The position numbers and the translations under genes were made by a program. A stretch of 64,000 nucleotides of DNA, taken from the NCBI GenBank assembly GCA_963754315.1, contig CAVWFS010000018.1:1-64000 (forward strand). Reading direction: 5' to 3'. Numbering within the stretch: the stretch's first letter is position 1; the number at the start of each line of letters is the position of its first letter. Shown piece by piece: positions 38,987-49,279 of this stretch. The DNA comes from an uncultured Candidatus Rokubacteria bacterium. GTDB taxonomy: Bacteria; Methylomirabilota; Methylomirabilia; Rokubacteriales; CSP1-6. The notes under the pieces were generated by a model that was not told the origin of the DNA, ran no database searches, and was given only the letters and a program-made list of their open reading frames with translations.

Positions 38987-39475
38987 ATGATGGCGGGGAG
39001 GGGCTCCTTGGTGCGCGGGGCGTTCGCGGGGTTCGTGGGAGGGCTGCTGGCGGCGGGGGCGATGAGCCTCGCCCATCGCCTCGTGGCCGACATGGTCCCC
39101 AAGCCGGAAGCGTCCGAGACGCAACCAGCGGACGATGCCACGGTCAAGGTCGCCTCTCAGGCGTTGCGGCTGATAGGTCGCCCACTCGCGGAGGACGAGA
39201 AGCCCCTGGCGGGGAGCATCGTGCACTACGGATTCGGCGCGGTGACCGGCAGCGTCTACGGCGCCGTCGCCGAGGTCGTGCCTCGTGTGACGGTTGCGCT
39301 TGGGCTGCCGTTCGGCATCGCTGTGTGGTTGGGGGCTCACGTCATCGCGGTCCCTGCGCTCGGATTGGCCGAGCCGCCGATGCGCAGGCCCGTAGGCAAG
39401 GAAGCGGAGGAGTTCGGGCTGCACCTGGTCTATGGCCTGACGACTGAGCTCGTGAGGCGTCTGCTGCACCGCTAA
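38987..39475 (+). CDS. DUF1440-like membrane protein
   Basis: GAFAGFVGGL, DATVKVA, VHYGFGA, PALGL, HLVYGL. Confidence 0.8.
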   Translation: MMAGRGSLVRGAFAGFVGGLLAAGAMSLAHRLVADMVPKPEASETQPADDATVKVASQALRLIGRPLAEDEKPLAGSIVHYGFGAVTGSVYGAVAEVVPRVTVALGLPFGIAVWLGAHVIAVPALGLAEPPMRRPVGKEAEEFGLHLVYGLTTELVRRLLHR

Positions 39476-39486
39476 GCCGTGAAGGA

Positions 39487-40431
39487 TCACGGAGCCCTGA
39501 AGGGGTGACGCACGAAAAAGGCAGCCAGCGCCTCCGCCACGGCACGAGGATGCTGGACATGTAGAAGATGCGTTGCATCGGCCAGGACGAAGCCTTCCGC
39601 ATTCGGCAGCCACGCGAGCACCATCTCGTGGCGCTCGCTCCAGATCGGCGACAACTGCTGGCTCTTCGCGCCGACGATCGACAGGGTGGGCTGGGTGATG
39701 CGACCTGCATCTTCTCGCCTGAGCGACCATTGCTGCAGGGACGGAAGCTCCTGGCCGAAGAACGTATCCGCGTCGACTACGGCTTGCTCGAATGCGCCGG
39801 GAAGCACGTGCTCTAGCAGGACACGGTAGCCTGGTCCGGAAACGAAACGCATGAAGCCGTCTATGGCGCGGGCCTTGTCACCGGCGCGATATGCCTCGAA
39901 GACCGGCTCCATCGCCGCCCGCGTCGAGAGCATCCGCTCCGGGCCGAGCGTCGTCACCGGTAGCGCCGGTTCCATCAACACGAGGGAGTGCACCATCTGC
40001 GGCGCGTCCAGGGCTAGCTGGAGGGCGATGTTCCCGCCGGAGGAATGTCCGACGACGTGCGCCCGCTCGATCCCCAGGTGGCGCATCAGCCCACGAAGGT
40101 GAGCGGCCTGCTGGGCGATGCTCACTGGCCCGACCGGGCGGCTACTGCCCGCATACCCAACGCGGTGATAGCTCACCACGCGGTATCGGCTGACGAGGGC
40201 GGGTTCGTCCACGAGTGGCTTGAACCAGTCGGCGAAGATACCGGCGTGGATAAGCACGACCGGCTCCCCGCTGCCCCGGGACTCGTACTCGAGCTCGACA
40301 CCGTTGACGTTCGCTCGGTTCATTGGCTTCGCCGCTCCATCGCGGGCAATCCGGGCGTCTTGCGCCATTCCGACCTCCGTTGCGGCCCACATGGTGACGA
40401 TCGCGATGCACGATGCGGTGGACACTTTCAT
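39487..40431 (-). CDS. Alpha/beta hydrolase
   Basis: GSGEPVVLIHAG, VGHSSGG, THLL. Confidence 0.88.
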   Translation of the reverse strand: MKVSTASCIAIVTMWAATEVGMAQDARIARDGAAKPMNRANVNGVELEYESRGSGEPVVLIHAGIFADWFKPLVDEPALVSRYRVVSYHRVGYAGSSRPVGPVSIAQQAAHLRGLMRHLGIERAHVVGHSSGGNIALQLALDAPQMVHSLVLMEPALPVTTLGPERMLSTRAAMEPVFEAYRAGDKARAIDGFMRFVSGPGYRVLLEHVLPGAFEQAVVDADTFFGQELPSLQQWSLRREDAGRITQPTLSIVGAKSQQLSPIWSERHEMVLAWLPNAEGFVLADATHLLHVQHPRAVAEALAAFFVRHPFRAP

Positions 40432-40584
40432 GGTGCGCCCTTTCCTCTCTGTGCGCGAGTGCGCACGGCACCTTTGTACCGAGCTGGGTGTGAAAGGATC
40501 GTCGACGGAGCGTGAAAGATTCAGCGAGGACGGCAATTGGCGTGGCCGGTGAGTGGTAGGATCGTGATCAACGGATCAGGCGCT

Positions 40585-41356
40585 ATGAGACGGGTGAGCC
40601 TCAGCCTTTTCGGTGGCTTTCAGGCTCGGCTGGAGCGAGGTCCAGCCCTGACCTTCCGGACGAGGAAGGCGCAGGCCTTGCTGGCCTACCTGGTTCTCCA
40701 CCGCGGTCGCGTCCATCGCCGCGAGAATCTGGCTGCGGTCTTCTGGGGCGAGATGCCCGACGAGCAGGCGCGGGGGAGCCTACGCCACGCCTTGTACGAG
40801 CTCAGAAGAGCCCTTGCCGCCGCGCCGGCCGTCCTTCGCATCGAAGGCGACACCGTGGCCGTCAATGCCAGCATCATCGATCTCGACGTGGCGACCTTCA
40901 CGCGGCTCCTGGCTGATGGCACGACCTCAGGCGCTCGAGCAGGCAATCGCGCTGTACCGCGGCGACCTCTTGACGGGATTGACCGTCAAGGAGGAGCCGT
41001 GGGAGCATGTGGTTGAGGAGCGAGCGTGGCTGCGTTAACCGCCAGCCGGAGGTCGGCGACGGTCGTGCCGCCCGGGGTGGAGCACCTGGACACCTGACGC
41101 GGAGCTGGACATCGCCCCGATCCTCGAACAGGTGAAGGTGCCGACGCTCGTTCTGCACGGCACGAACGACCGACGGGTGTCGGTGGCTGCCGCGCAGCAC
41201 CTGGCCCGGCACATCCCGGATGCGCGGCTTCATCTTTTCGAAGGCCGTGGACACTTGCCGATCTTCACGGCCACCGCTGAGTTCTGCGAAACACTGCGTC
41301 GGTTCGTCAGAACAGGCGACGTGATGAGCCTTACGGTCGGCTACCATCAGCAGTGA
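40585..41356 (+). pseudogene. Decayed SARP/BTAD-type regulator joined to an alpha/beta hydrolase C-terminus
   Basis: LFGGF...KAQALLAYL...RENLAAVFW...SLRHALYELR; shift near 40925 to AIALYRGDLL, stop 41038; then VKVPTLVLHGTNDRRV...EGRGHLP. Confidence 0.7.
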
Positions 41357-41483
41357 TCGTCAGCAGCTCGCGAATGACCCGGCCGTCCCCGCTGGCAACC
41401 GTTTCGGGGCCCGAGTGGCGATCGGAAGAGGACGTTCTGTGACTCTTGACAGAGTCGCGCATATCGGAAATCCTCGCCCCGAG

Positions 41484-42530
41484 GTGATCATTCGGTGCTC
41501 CGCCGCCGCGTTGCTGGTGACGATTGCCGTAATCTCGGCGGTCACGCCGGTCAGTGCCGAAACCCTGGGGTCCGTCTTCAAGCGGGTGAACCGCTCAGTC
41601 GTCGTGGTACGGACGAAGGAGACGGACGTGACCGGTCCGGGCCCCGGGATCCTCACCAGCTCGCGTGGTCTCGGCTCGGGAGTCCTCGTGTCGGCCGATG
41701 GCAAGGTGATCACCGCCGCCCATATCGTCCAGACGGCTGATGAGGTCAGCGTGGAGTTCCTCACCGGTGAGGCCGTGCGGGCGCGCGTCATCGCCTCCGA
41801 GCCCAGCGCCGACGTCTCGCTCCTTCAGCTCGAGCGAGTGCCCGCCGGCGTCCGGCCGTCGACGCTCGGCGACTCGGACAAAGTCGACGTCGGTGACCAG
41901 GTCTTCATCATCGGCGCGCCGTACGGGATCAGCCACACGCTCACGGTCGGCCACGTCAGTGCGCGTCACCGACCGAACACGATCTACAGCGAGCTGGCGG
42001 GCGCGGAGTTCCTGCAGACCGATGCCGCCATCAACCAGGGCAACTCGGGCGGTCCCATGTTCAACCAGGCGGGCGAGGTGGTCGGAATCGTGAGCCACAT
42101 CATCTCGAAGTCCGGTGGCTTCGAGGGGCTGGGGTTCGTCGTCACCTCGAACATGGCCCGCGCGCTTCTCCTCGAGCGGCGGTCGTTCTGGAGCGGCGTG
42201 CAGGGCTTCGTCCTGCGTGACCATCTCGCCAAGGTCTTCAATGTGCCGCAGTCGACCGGTATCCTCGTCCAGCGGGTGGCGGCGGGATCGCCGGCGGAGC
42301 GAAGCGGTCTGCGCCCGGGGACGCTGAAGGCGACCATCGACGGCCAGACGTTCGTGGTCGGGGGCGACATCATCCTCACTATCGGCGGCATCACGGTCGG
42401 CGAGCCCGGTAGCCGCGAGCGCATTCTCGCGCTGCGCCGGTCGCTCGCTCCCGGCTCGACGTACACGATCGTCGTCCTCCGCGATGGGCGGCGGGTCGAG
42501 CTCACCTCGCACGTTGAGCCCTCGGAGTGA
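41484..42530 (+). CDS. HtrA/DegP-like serine protease with PDZ domain (start approximate)
   Basis: GLGSGVLV, ITAAH, DVSLL, LQTDAAINQGNSGGP, GSPAERSGL, GDIIL. Confidence 0.9.
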   Translation: MIIRCSAAALLVTIAVISAVTPVSAETLGSVFKRVNRSVVVVRTKETDVTGPGPGILTSSRGLGSGVLVSADGKVITAAHIVQTADEVSVEFLTGEAVRARVIASEPSADVSLLQLERVPAGVRPSTLGDSDKVDVGDQVFIIGAPYGISHTLTVGHVSARHRPNTIYSELAGAEFLQTDAAINQGNSGGPMFNQAGEVVGIVSHIISKSGGFEGLGFVVTSNMARALLLERRSFWSGVQGFVLRDHLAKVFNVPQSTGILVQRVAAGSPAERSGLRPGTLKATIDGQTFVVGGDIILTIGGITVGEPGSRERILALRRSLAPGSTYTIVVLRDGRRVELTSHVEPSE

Positions 42531-42600
42531 GCGGACACGCCGGTGAAGTCACGCGCCTGAAGCGGGCGTCGGCGGAGGATCCTGAAATCCCGCGCTGCGG

Positions 42601-42897
42601 TCAGCCTGGGAGTTCCTTCAGGATCTCCCGGTACTCGGGCTCGGGGAAGGCGCGCATGGTCAAGGTGCGCACGTTGCCGGTCGAGCCCAGGGTCAGGGCC
42701 AGCTTCGCCACCGTCTCGTCGTCGGGCAGGTTGACGACGGCCACCGTGTCGTAGGGTCCGAGGGTCAGGTAGAAGGCCTTCAGCTCGCCCCCCATCTCGG
42801 CGAGCCGCTTCTTGAGCCCGTCCAGGCGGCCGCCGGCTTCCCGGATAGCGCGGATCCCTTGCTCCGTGTAATTGAAGAGAATCATGTAGGTGGGCAT
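42601..42897 (-). CDS. GYD domain protein
   Basis: YTEQG, LTLGPYD, GNVRTLTMRAF. Confidence 0.9.
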   Translation of the reverse strand: MPTYMILFNYTEQGIRAIREAGGRLDGLKKRLAEMGGELKAFYLTLGPYDTVAVVNLPDDETVAKLALTLGSTGNVRTLTMRAFPEPEYREILKELPG

Positions 42898-42901
42898 GGG
42901 C

Positions 42902-43672
42902 TCACACCATCACGTAGCCACCGTTGACGTCGACGGTGGCGCCCGTCATGTGGCGCGCGCCCTCGGAAGCGAGAAAGCGCACCACAGCTGAGATATCTTG
43001 AGGTTCCGCGTAGCGGCCCAGAGGGATGTCCTGGCGCAGGCGCTCGCGCGCCGCCTCGTCCATGATCTCAAAGTTCCGCTCGACCAGGGCTGGCCCCGGC
43101 GCCACCGTGTTCACGAGAATCTTGTACGAAGCGTACTCCTTGGCCAGGTGGCGCGTGAGCCCGAGGACACCAGCCTTGGCCGCGGTGTAATGCACGCCGA
43201 GGGCCGGGCTCGAGGTGCGGCCCGCGTTCGAAGAGAAGTTGATGATGCGGCCCCCGCCCGCCTTCATCATGTGGGGGAGCACGTGCTTGCAGCAGAGGAA
43301 GGTCCCCTTCAGGTTAGAGTCGAGGACCATGTCCCAATCGGCCACCGTCATCTCGTGAGTCTTGCGCCCGAGGGTGTAGCCGCCGGCGGCATTGACGAGG
43401 ACGTCGATGCGCCCGAAGACGCGCACGGTCTGCTCCACCATCTCCTGCACGGACGCTTCGTCCCGGATGTCGCAGATGAGGGCGAGAGCCGTTCCGCCCG
43501 CCGCCGCAATCTCCTCGGCAATGCCCTTGGCCCGCTCGGGCACGAGGTCGACGCAGGCCACCCGCGCGCCCTCCCCCGCAAAATCGAGGGCCACGCGCCG
43601 GGCGATCCCGCGCCCGGCCCCGGTGATGACAATGCTCCGACCCGGATCTGAATTCGTCTTCATGTCAGCCAC
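42902..43672 (-). CDS. Short-chain dehydrogenase/reductase (FabG-like)
   Basis: TGAGRGI, IDVLVNAAG, YTAAK, VNTVAPG, VNGG. Confidence 0.9.
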   Translation of the reverse strand: MADMKTNSDPGRSIVITGAGRGIARRVALDFAGEGARVACVDLVPERAKGIAEEIAAAGGTALALICDIRDEASVQEMVEQTVRVFGRIDVLVNAAGGYTLGRKTHEMTVADWDMVLDSNLKGTFLCCKHVLPHMMKAGGGRIINFSSNAGRTSSPALGVHYTAAKAGVLGLTRHLAKEYASYKILVNTVAPGPALVERNFEIMDEAARERLRQDIPLGRYAEPQDISAVVRFLASEGARHMTGATVDVNGGYVMV

Positions 43673-43735
43673 AGTGTCGTCTCCATGATTGAATTGATCG
43701 CTCCTGAATCCGCTTGGCTCCGCGACAGGTGCCAT

Positions 43736-43800
43736 GTCGAGGCGCGCCCGGGGACCCGGGGCGTGTCCGAGCGGGGATGGGGGTGAAGTTGGACCCCCAT
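43736..43800 (-). repeat. Double-hairpin dispersed repeat, copy D (reverse orientation)
   Basis: Reverse complement atgggggtccaacttcacccccatccccgctcggacacgccccgggtccccgggcgcgcctcgac. Confidence 0.65.
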
Positions 43801-43804
43801 CTTC

Positions 43805-45094
43805 TTAATACCCGAAGAGGCGCGGGATGGCCAGGGGCATCGCCGGCCACAGGGCGGTGACGAGGGTGACGCCGAGGACGGCCGCCACGAACGGCCACAC
43901 TTCTCGATTCGCATCCTGCATTGGAGCTTTGACGATCGACGCGACCACATAGAGGCTGAGCGCGACGGGCGGCGTGAGCAGCGCGGTCTGCACGGTCATG
44001 ACGATAACGAGACCCAGGTGGTGCGGGTCGATGCGATAGGCGGCGGCAGCCGGGGCCAGCACCGGGATGAGCATGATCATGATGGGCACCGCCTCCAGCG
44101 CGGTGCCGAGCACGAACAGGACGGCGATGGTGACGATGAGAAACACGGTGGCGGAGCTCGTCAGCTCCAGTGACCATGCGGCCACCGTCTTGGGCACCTG
44201 GTTGCGGACGAGGATCCACGACACGATGTTCGATGTCCCCAGCAGGAGATAGACGACGGCGCTGGTCTTGGCCCCTGTCATCAGCGACGCCGCAAGATCG
44301 CGAGGGCCGAGGGTGCGCAGGACGAACACGCCCACGAGGACGCCGTAGAGGACGGCCATGGCCCCGGCCTCGGTCGGGGTGAAGACACCGCCGAGGATGC
44401 CGCCGAGAATGATGACCGGCACCATCAGGCCCAGGCCCGCGCCCCGGAACGCGCGCAGGGCCGCGATGAAGGAGAATCGCTGGCCGCTCCGGGGAAATTG
44501 CCGCCGGCGCGCCACCAGAGCGACGAGGGCCATGAGGGCCAGCCCCACCACGACGCCGGGCACGATGCCCATGAGGAAGAGCTTTCCCACCGAGATGCCG
44601 CCCCCGTACACATAGGCGTAGATGAGCATGGCCACGCTCGGGGGAATGATCGGGCCCATGACCGCCCCTCCGGCGATCACGGCCGAGGTGAAACCACCGG
44701 AGTAGCCCTGGCGCACCATGCTTGGCCCCACCATCGAGCCGATGGCGGCGCACTCGGCCAGGGCCACCCCCGTTACCCCGGCGAAGAACATGCTGGTGAG
44801 GATGACGACGAAGGCCAGGCCCCCGCGCAGGTGTCCCACCAGGCTGTTGGCGAAGTGAATGAGCTTGGGCAGGATGCCGCAGCGCTGCATCAGGTCGCCC
44901 GCGATCACGAAGAAGGGAATGGCGAGCAGGGGAAAGGAGTCCATGCCCGCGAACATCAGGGTGGGGAGCACGGCGATCGGCACCACTCCGGAGAGCACGA
45001 TGAATGCGAGCCCTCCAAGCCCGAGACAGAAGGCGATGGGCACGCCGAGAATCAAGGTCACCCCGAACACGGCCACGAGGAGGATGATCAGCAT
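43805..45094 (-). CDS. dctM: TRAP transporter large permease
   Basis: DSFPLLAIPFF, GPIIPPS, GVFTPTEA, LTPPVA. Confidence 0.93.
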   Translation of the reverse strand: MLIILLVAVFGVTLILGVPIAFCLGLGGLAFIVLSGVVPIAVLPTLMFAGMDSFPLLAIPFFVIAGDLMQRCGILPKLIHFANSLVGHLRGGLAFVVILTSMFFAGVTGVALAECAAIGSMVGPSMVRQGYSGGFTSAVIAGGAVMGPIIPPSVAMLIYAYVYGGGISVGKLFLMGIVPGVVVGLALMALVALVARRRQFPRSGQRFSFIAALRAFRGAGLGLMVPVIILGGILGGVFTPTEAGAMAVLYGVLVGVFVLRTLGPRDLAASLMTGAKTSAVVYLLLGTSNIVSWILVRNQVPKTVAAWSLELTSSATVFLIVTIAVLFVLGTALEAVPIMIMLIPVLAPAAAAYRIDPHHLGLVIVMTVQTALLTPPVALSLYVVASIVKAPMQDANREVWPFVAAVLGVTLVTALWPAMPLAIPRLFGY

Positions 45095-45102
45095 CGGATG
45101 CG

Positions 45103-45588
45103 TCAGATCTCGGGCACGGCCGACACGCCGGGTTCTACTTCATCCCACCCGAGGAGGCGAAGCCCGACGACCAGTGCCATGAGGCTGGCCCCGACCGGGA
45201 TCGCGAGATAGAACCAGAAGATCGGAACCTTGATTGTGGTCAGGTGCTGGTCGAGCTGCGCCGGCAGGACCTGGAAGCCGGAGACGGCGAGGACCACCAG
45301 GAACACGAGGGAGAGCAGATCGGCCACGACCGCTACCCGCCGGCGGCCGGCGGCCCCGAGCCAGCCGCTCAGTCCCTCGGCCGCGATGTGGCCACGCTCG
45401 TAGATAACCAGCACCGAGCCGAGGAACGCAACCCAGACCATCAGGTACCGCGACAGCTCCTCGGTCACGACCAGTGACTGGCCGAGCGTGTAGCGCAGGA
45501 CGACCTCGACGATGACGACGATGGCCACCACGGCCATGGCCACCAGGACCAGAGCCTGGAGCGCTCGCGCGAGGGCCCGGACGAGCAT
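45103..45588 (-). CDS. dctQ: TRAP transporter small permease
   Basis: VVLRY, EELSRYLMVWVAFLG, GHI, YLAIPVG. Confidence 0.9.
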   Translation of the reverse strand: MLVRALARALQALVLVAMAVVAIVVIVEVVLRYTLGQSLVVTEELSRYLMVWVAFLGSVLVIYERGHIAAEGLSGWLGAAGRRRVAVVADLLSLVFLVVLAVSGFQVLPAQLDQHLTTIKVPIFWFYLAIPVGASLMALVVGLRLLGWDEVEPGVSAVPEI

Positions 45589-45595
45589 GCGCCGC

Positions 45596-46597
45596 TTACT
45601 TGTTCATGGCGAGCCCGATGTCCACGAGCTCCTTGCCCTTGGGGCCAAGATCCGGGAGGGCCTCGGCGTAGATGCGTACCGCGACCTTGCGCAGCTCGGC
45701 GATGGTCGGCTCGTCCACGGCATTGACCTGCATGCCCGTGCCCGCGAGCTTCTTCAGGATCTCCTCGTTGTCGCGCTGGCTCTCCGCCCGCTCCCAGGCC
45801 GCGGTCTTGCGCGCGGCGTTGAGGACGGCGGTCTGGAGATCGGGAGGTAGCTTGGCGAACACGGCCCGGCTCATGAGCACGTTACCCGGCTCGTTCACGT
45901 GCTTGGTGAGCGAGTAGTACTTCTGCACCTCCGGGAGCTTCTCGAAGTAGACGACACCCGGCGGATTCTCCTGTCCGTCGACCACGCCCTGCTGGAGGGC
46001 CGAATAGACCTCGGCCCAGTCCATGGGCACGGGCGAGACACCGAGGGCCCGGAAGAAGGCGATGTGGACTTTGGTAGGCAGGGTCCGGAGCTTCAAGCCC
46101 TTCAGGTCTTCGGCCGCGCGGATGGGCCGCTTGTTGTTGGAGACGTTGCGAAAGCCGTTGTCCCACCACCCCACGACCTTGAAGCCCTTCTCCCACAGGA
46201 GGGGCTCCAGGGTCTGGCCCATGCGGCCATCGAGGGCGGCGAACATCGTGTCGGTGTCCTTCCACAGGTAGGGGAGGACGAGGGTTCCCATCTCCGGCAC
46301 AAAGCGGCTCACGTGGGCCACGCCGCAGAGAACGAAGTCGAGGGTGCCGAGCCGGACCATCTCCAGGCTCTCCCGGGTGGCGCCGATCGCGTTGGAGTGG
46401 AAGACCTGGACGTCAACCTGGCCGTTCGTCGCCTCCGAGACGAGTTGCTTGAATTTCTCCGCGCCTCGCCCCCAGGCGTGATCCTTCGAGTTCGGTGACG
46501 AGAACCGCAGTACGTGCTTGGGCGGCTGGGCGAGGACGTCGCCCGCGAGGAGCGCCACCGCGAGCAGCGCCACGAAACCGAGCTTGTTGCGCATCAT
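45596..46597 (-). CDS. dctP: TRAP transporter substrate-binding protein
   Basis: NGFRN, DLKGLKLR, EVYSALQQGVVDGQENP, EVQKY. Confidence 0.93.
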   Translation of the reverse strand: MMRNKLGFVALLAVALLAGDVLAQPPKHVLRFSSPNSKDHAWGRGAEKFKQLVSEATNGQVDVQVFHSNAIGATRESLEMVRLGTLDFVLCGVAHVSRFVPEMGTLVLPYLWKDTDTMFAALDGRMGQTLEPLLWEKGFKVVGWWDNGFRNVSNNKRPIRAAEDLKGLKLRTLPTKVHIAFFRALGVSPVPMDWAEVYSALQQGVVDGQENPPGVVYFEKLPEVQKYYSLTKHVNEPGNVLMSRAVFAKLPPDLQTAVLNAARKTAAWERAESQRDNEEILKKLAGTGMQVNAVDEPTIAELRKVAVRIYAEALPDLGPKGKELVDIGLAMNK

Positions 46598-46797
46598 GTC
46601 CTCCTGTTCTGACTGCTGTCCTGGGAGATCCGTTCGAGGCGATAGGGAAGCGCGCATGCGTCTGCGCGTTCGACGAGCAGGACCAAGGCGAAGCGGGGAG
46701 CGGTCGCCAGCACCCCGACCCGGAGAGGAACCACCAAAGTGGCCTAGTTCTATCACCATCGGTCCACTTGCTGTCAAGGGCCCCGGTGGACTGTCGA

Positions 46798-47367
46798 CTA
46801 GCGCACGGGCACCGAGCGAATCGCGGAGATTGCCGCCTCGAATGCACCCTCGGCGCAGAGCCCGCTCGCCGACGCGTCCTCGTAGGCGGCAAGCGCCGCG
46901 TCGATGCACGCGCGCCGCACCGCCTCGCCCACCGTTCGCGCGGACGACTCGGCGCTATGTGGATCTCGTCGGAGCGCGGCGCCGCACTGGCGACACGTCG
47001 ACGGCTCGCGCTCCGACCAGCCCGGCCGCGCGCTCGTCCAGCGGCCGCAGCTCGCGCACTTTCGCGCGCGGTCGTGGTCGACGGCGAGCGCGAACTCGCT
47101 GAACGATCCCTCGACACACCAGCGCCGGAAGCCGGGCATCAAGGTCGTGCGGTGGAACGCGTTCGCGACCCAACGCCGAACGGCGTCGCCGTCGGTCCAG
47201 TACGTCGTGAAGAGGAAGCGGCGCTCGGCCGGCCGCTCCCAGACGGTGGCCTCGAGACAGCCCTCGATCGCACGCGTCTCGTCGAGCGTTCGCTCGAGAT
47301 GCTTTCGTAACTCCGCGTCTCCAGTCTCGGAACACCCGAACTCGGCCAGTACCAGCAGCGGCGTCAT
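46798..47367 (-). CDS. ABM-type (antibiotic biosynthesis monooxygenase) domain + CxxC/CxxC ribbon + small GLCAEG domain
   Basis: IEGCLEATVW...FTTYWTD...WVANAFHR; CASCG...CRQCG; AVRRACIDAALAAYEDASASGLCAEGAFEAA. Confidence 0.65.
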   Translation of the reverse strand: MTPLLVLAEFGCSETGDAELRKHLERTLDETRAIEGCLEATVWERPAERRFLFTTYWTDGDAVRRWVANAFHRTTLMPGFRRWCVEGSFSEFALAVDHDRARKCASCGRWTSARPGWSEREPSTCRQCGAALRRDPHSAESSARTVGEAVRRACIDAALAAYEDASASGLCAEGAFEAAISAIRSVPVR

Positions 47368-47417
47368 GACGATTCTGAGGTCGAGGGCCGCGACGAAGCG
47401 GCTTCGGCAACCTTCGC

Positions 47418-48179
47418 TTAGCGTCCGGCGGTGACGGGTTCGTGCGACTTGAGGAAGCGTCGCGCGTGCGCCACGACTTCGTCGATGTGCGCCGGCGAAT
47501 CCTTCCAGGGATAGATGGTCACCTCGGCGTTCGGAGCGAGGCTGGCCACCTCCATCGCGACCTTGTATGGGTGCGCGGGCACGTCGTCAGGCGCGATCAG
47601 GAGCGGCGTCTGGATGGAGCGTACGAAATCACGCGACACGGTGAACACGAAGTCCGCGCGGTTGGTGTACATGCTGGTCAGGAAGTCATGGACCATGGTC
47701 ATCGTGAGGTCGGGGCGCTTCTCGCAAAGCGCCGGCCCCCAGCCCTTGATGTTGTTCTGGTAGAAAAGGTCCGGGATCTCAGGCCGAAAGCCGCTGGGCT
47801 GCATCATCGCGGCCGCGACGACGCGGTCCGGAGCTCGCCTTATGAGGTTATGGATCATCGGCCCGCCGATGCAGAAGCCCATGACCATGAACTCCCGGAT
47901 GCCAAGGTGGTCCATCAGCCCGAGCTGGTCGTCGGTATAGGCGTCCCAGGGGCGGTCGACCTCCAGCGGGCCGCTGGACTGGCCCGGGTTGGCGTTGCGT
48001 AGGTCAGCGCAAATACAACGGAAGTCGGTCTTGTACCTTTCCATCGGGTCGAACGGCGAGGCGGTCTGCCAGGATGAGAGGGCTGAGTTGAGCCCGCCGC
48101 CCGGGATCAGCAGCAAGGGGAAGCCGGAGCCGACCTCTTCGTAGTGGATGCGGACGGGTCCTCTCTCGTAGAACGGCAT
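47418..48179 (-). CDS. Alpha/beta hydrolase with Cys at the nucleophile position
   Basis: GSGFPLLLIPGGG, DLRNA, GFCIGG, DDVPAHP. Confidence 0.88.
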   Translation of the reverse strand: MPFYERGPVRIHYEEVGSGFPLLLIPGGGLNSALSSWQTASPFDPMERYKTDFRCICADLRNANPGQSSGPLEVDRPWDAYTDDQLGLMDHLGIREFMVMGFCIGGPMIHNLIRRAPDRVVAAAMMQPSGFRPEIPDLFYQNNIKGWGPALCEKRPDLTMTMVHDFLTSMYTNRADFVFTVSRDFVRSIQTPLLIAPDDVPAHPYKVAMEVASLAPNAEVTIYPWKDSPAHIDEVVAHARRFLKSHEPVTAGR

Positions 48180-48318
48180 GGCGATTCTCCTCCCTCAGCG
48201 AGTCGCCGTTACTCTAACGCACGGCGCTGACATTTTCACCCATCGGTCTGGCACTGCGCCGGCGCCGGGCCCAGGGCGCCCGGCGATGCTCCCATGAGCG
48301 CCGCCGGCTTCGGGAGGG

Positions 48319-49233
48319 TTACCGGGGCGCGTCGGGCCGCAGGAACGTGCCTCGGTCGAGCTGCTCGAAGGCGTGCCGGAGTTCCTCCTGCGTATTCATG
48401 ACGATGGGGCCGTACCAGGCAACCGGCTCCTCGAGCGGTTGGCCTGAGACCAGCAGGAACCGGATGCCTTCCTCGCGGGCCTGGACCTCCACCTCCTCAC
48501 CACGATCGAACAGCACGAGGGTGCGGTTGTCCGCGTGAACAGGCGGCTTGGTGTCCGCCCACCCGGAGGACTCGGTCGGTACCGAGAGCGGCCCCGACGC
48601 GTTGCAGAACCTGCCCTCGCCCGCAAATACGTATGCGAACGCGTGGCGCGTCGTCTCCACCGGCAACGTCTTTCTCTTGCCAGCCGGAATGGACACGTCC
48701 AGATAGACGGGCTTCGCCGCGATGTTGTCCACCGGCCCACGCGCGCCCCGATAGCTGCCGCACAGGACCAGTACTTTGGTGCCATCGTCATCGACGGTGA
48801 TGGGCACGGCCGCCGCCTTCACGTCCTGATATCGCGGCGCCGTCATCTTGAGCGACGCGGGGAGGTTCGCCCAGAGCTGGAAGCCGTGCATCCGCCCTTC
48901 CGCATCGCCCGTCGGCATTTCCTGGTGGACGATCCCCCGACCTGCCGTCATCCACTGAATGTCACCCGCCTCGATGCTGCCACGGTTCCCCATACTGTCG
49001 CCATGCTCCACCGTACCTGCGAGGACATAGGTGATCGTTTCTATGCCCCGGTGGGGATGCCACGGGAAGCCGGGGAGATAGTCCTCCGGGCGGTCGTTCC
49101 GGAAGTCGTCGAAGAGGAGAAACGGGTCGAAGTCAGACGTCACGCCGAAGCCGAACGCGCGATGGAGTCGCACACCCGCGCCCTCCAAAGTCGGTTTGGC
49201 CTTCACCAGCCGCTTCACGTGTCGCATCGCCAT
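48319..49233 (-). CDS. Pirin family protein
   Basis: DPFLLFD, GFPWHPHRGIETITY, WMTAGRGIVHQEMP, GPIVMNT. Confidence 0.95.
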   Translation of the reverse strand: MAMRHVKRLVKAKPTLEGAGVRLHRAFGFGVTSDFDPFLLFDDFRNDRPEDYLPGFPWHPHRGIETITYVLAGTVEHGDSMGNRGSIEAGDIQWMTAGRGIVHQEMPTGDAEGRMHGFQLWANLPASLKMTAPRYQDVKAAAVPITVDDDGTKVLVLCGSYRGARGPVDNIAAKPVYLDVSIPAGKRKTLPVETTRHAFAYVFAGEGRFCNASGPLSVPTESSGWADTKPPVHADNRTLVLFDRGEEVEVQAREEGIRFLLVSGQPLEEPVAWYGPIVMNTQEELRHAFEQLDRGTFLRPDAPR

Positions 49234-49279
49234 GGTTCGCTCGACTATCCCCGCGCCCGCGCTGACCGTGCCCGCCTCG

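Noticed and set aside
48249..48263. TGGCAC-N-GC as another sigma54 promoter
   Set aside because: Lacks the TTGC/CTGC -12 element and points away from any plus-strand gene.
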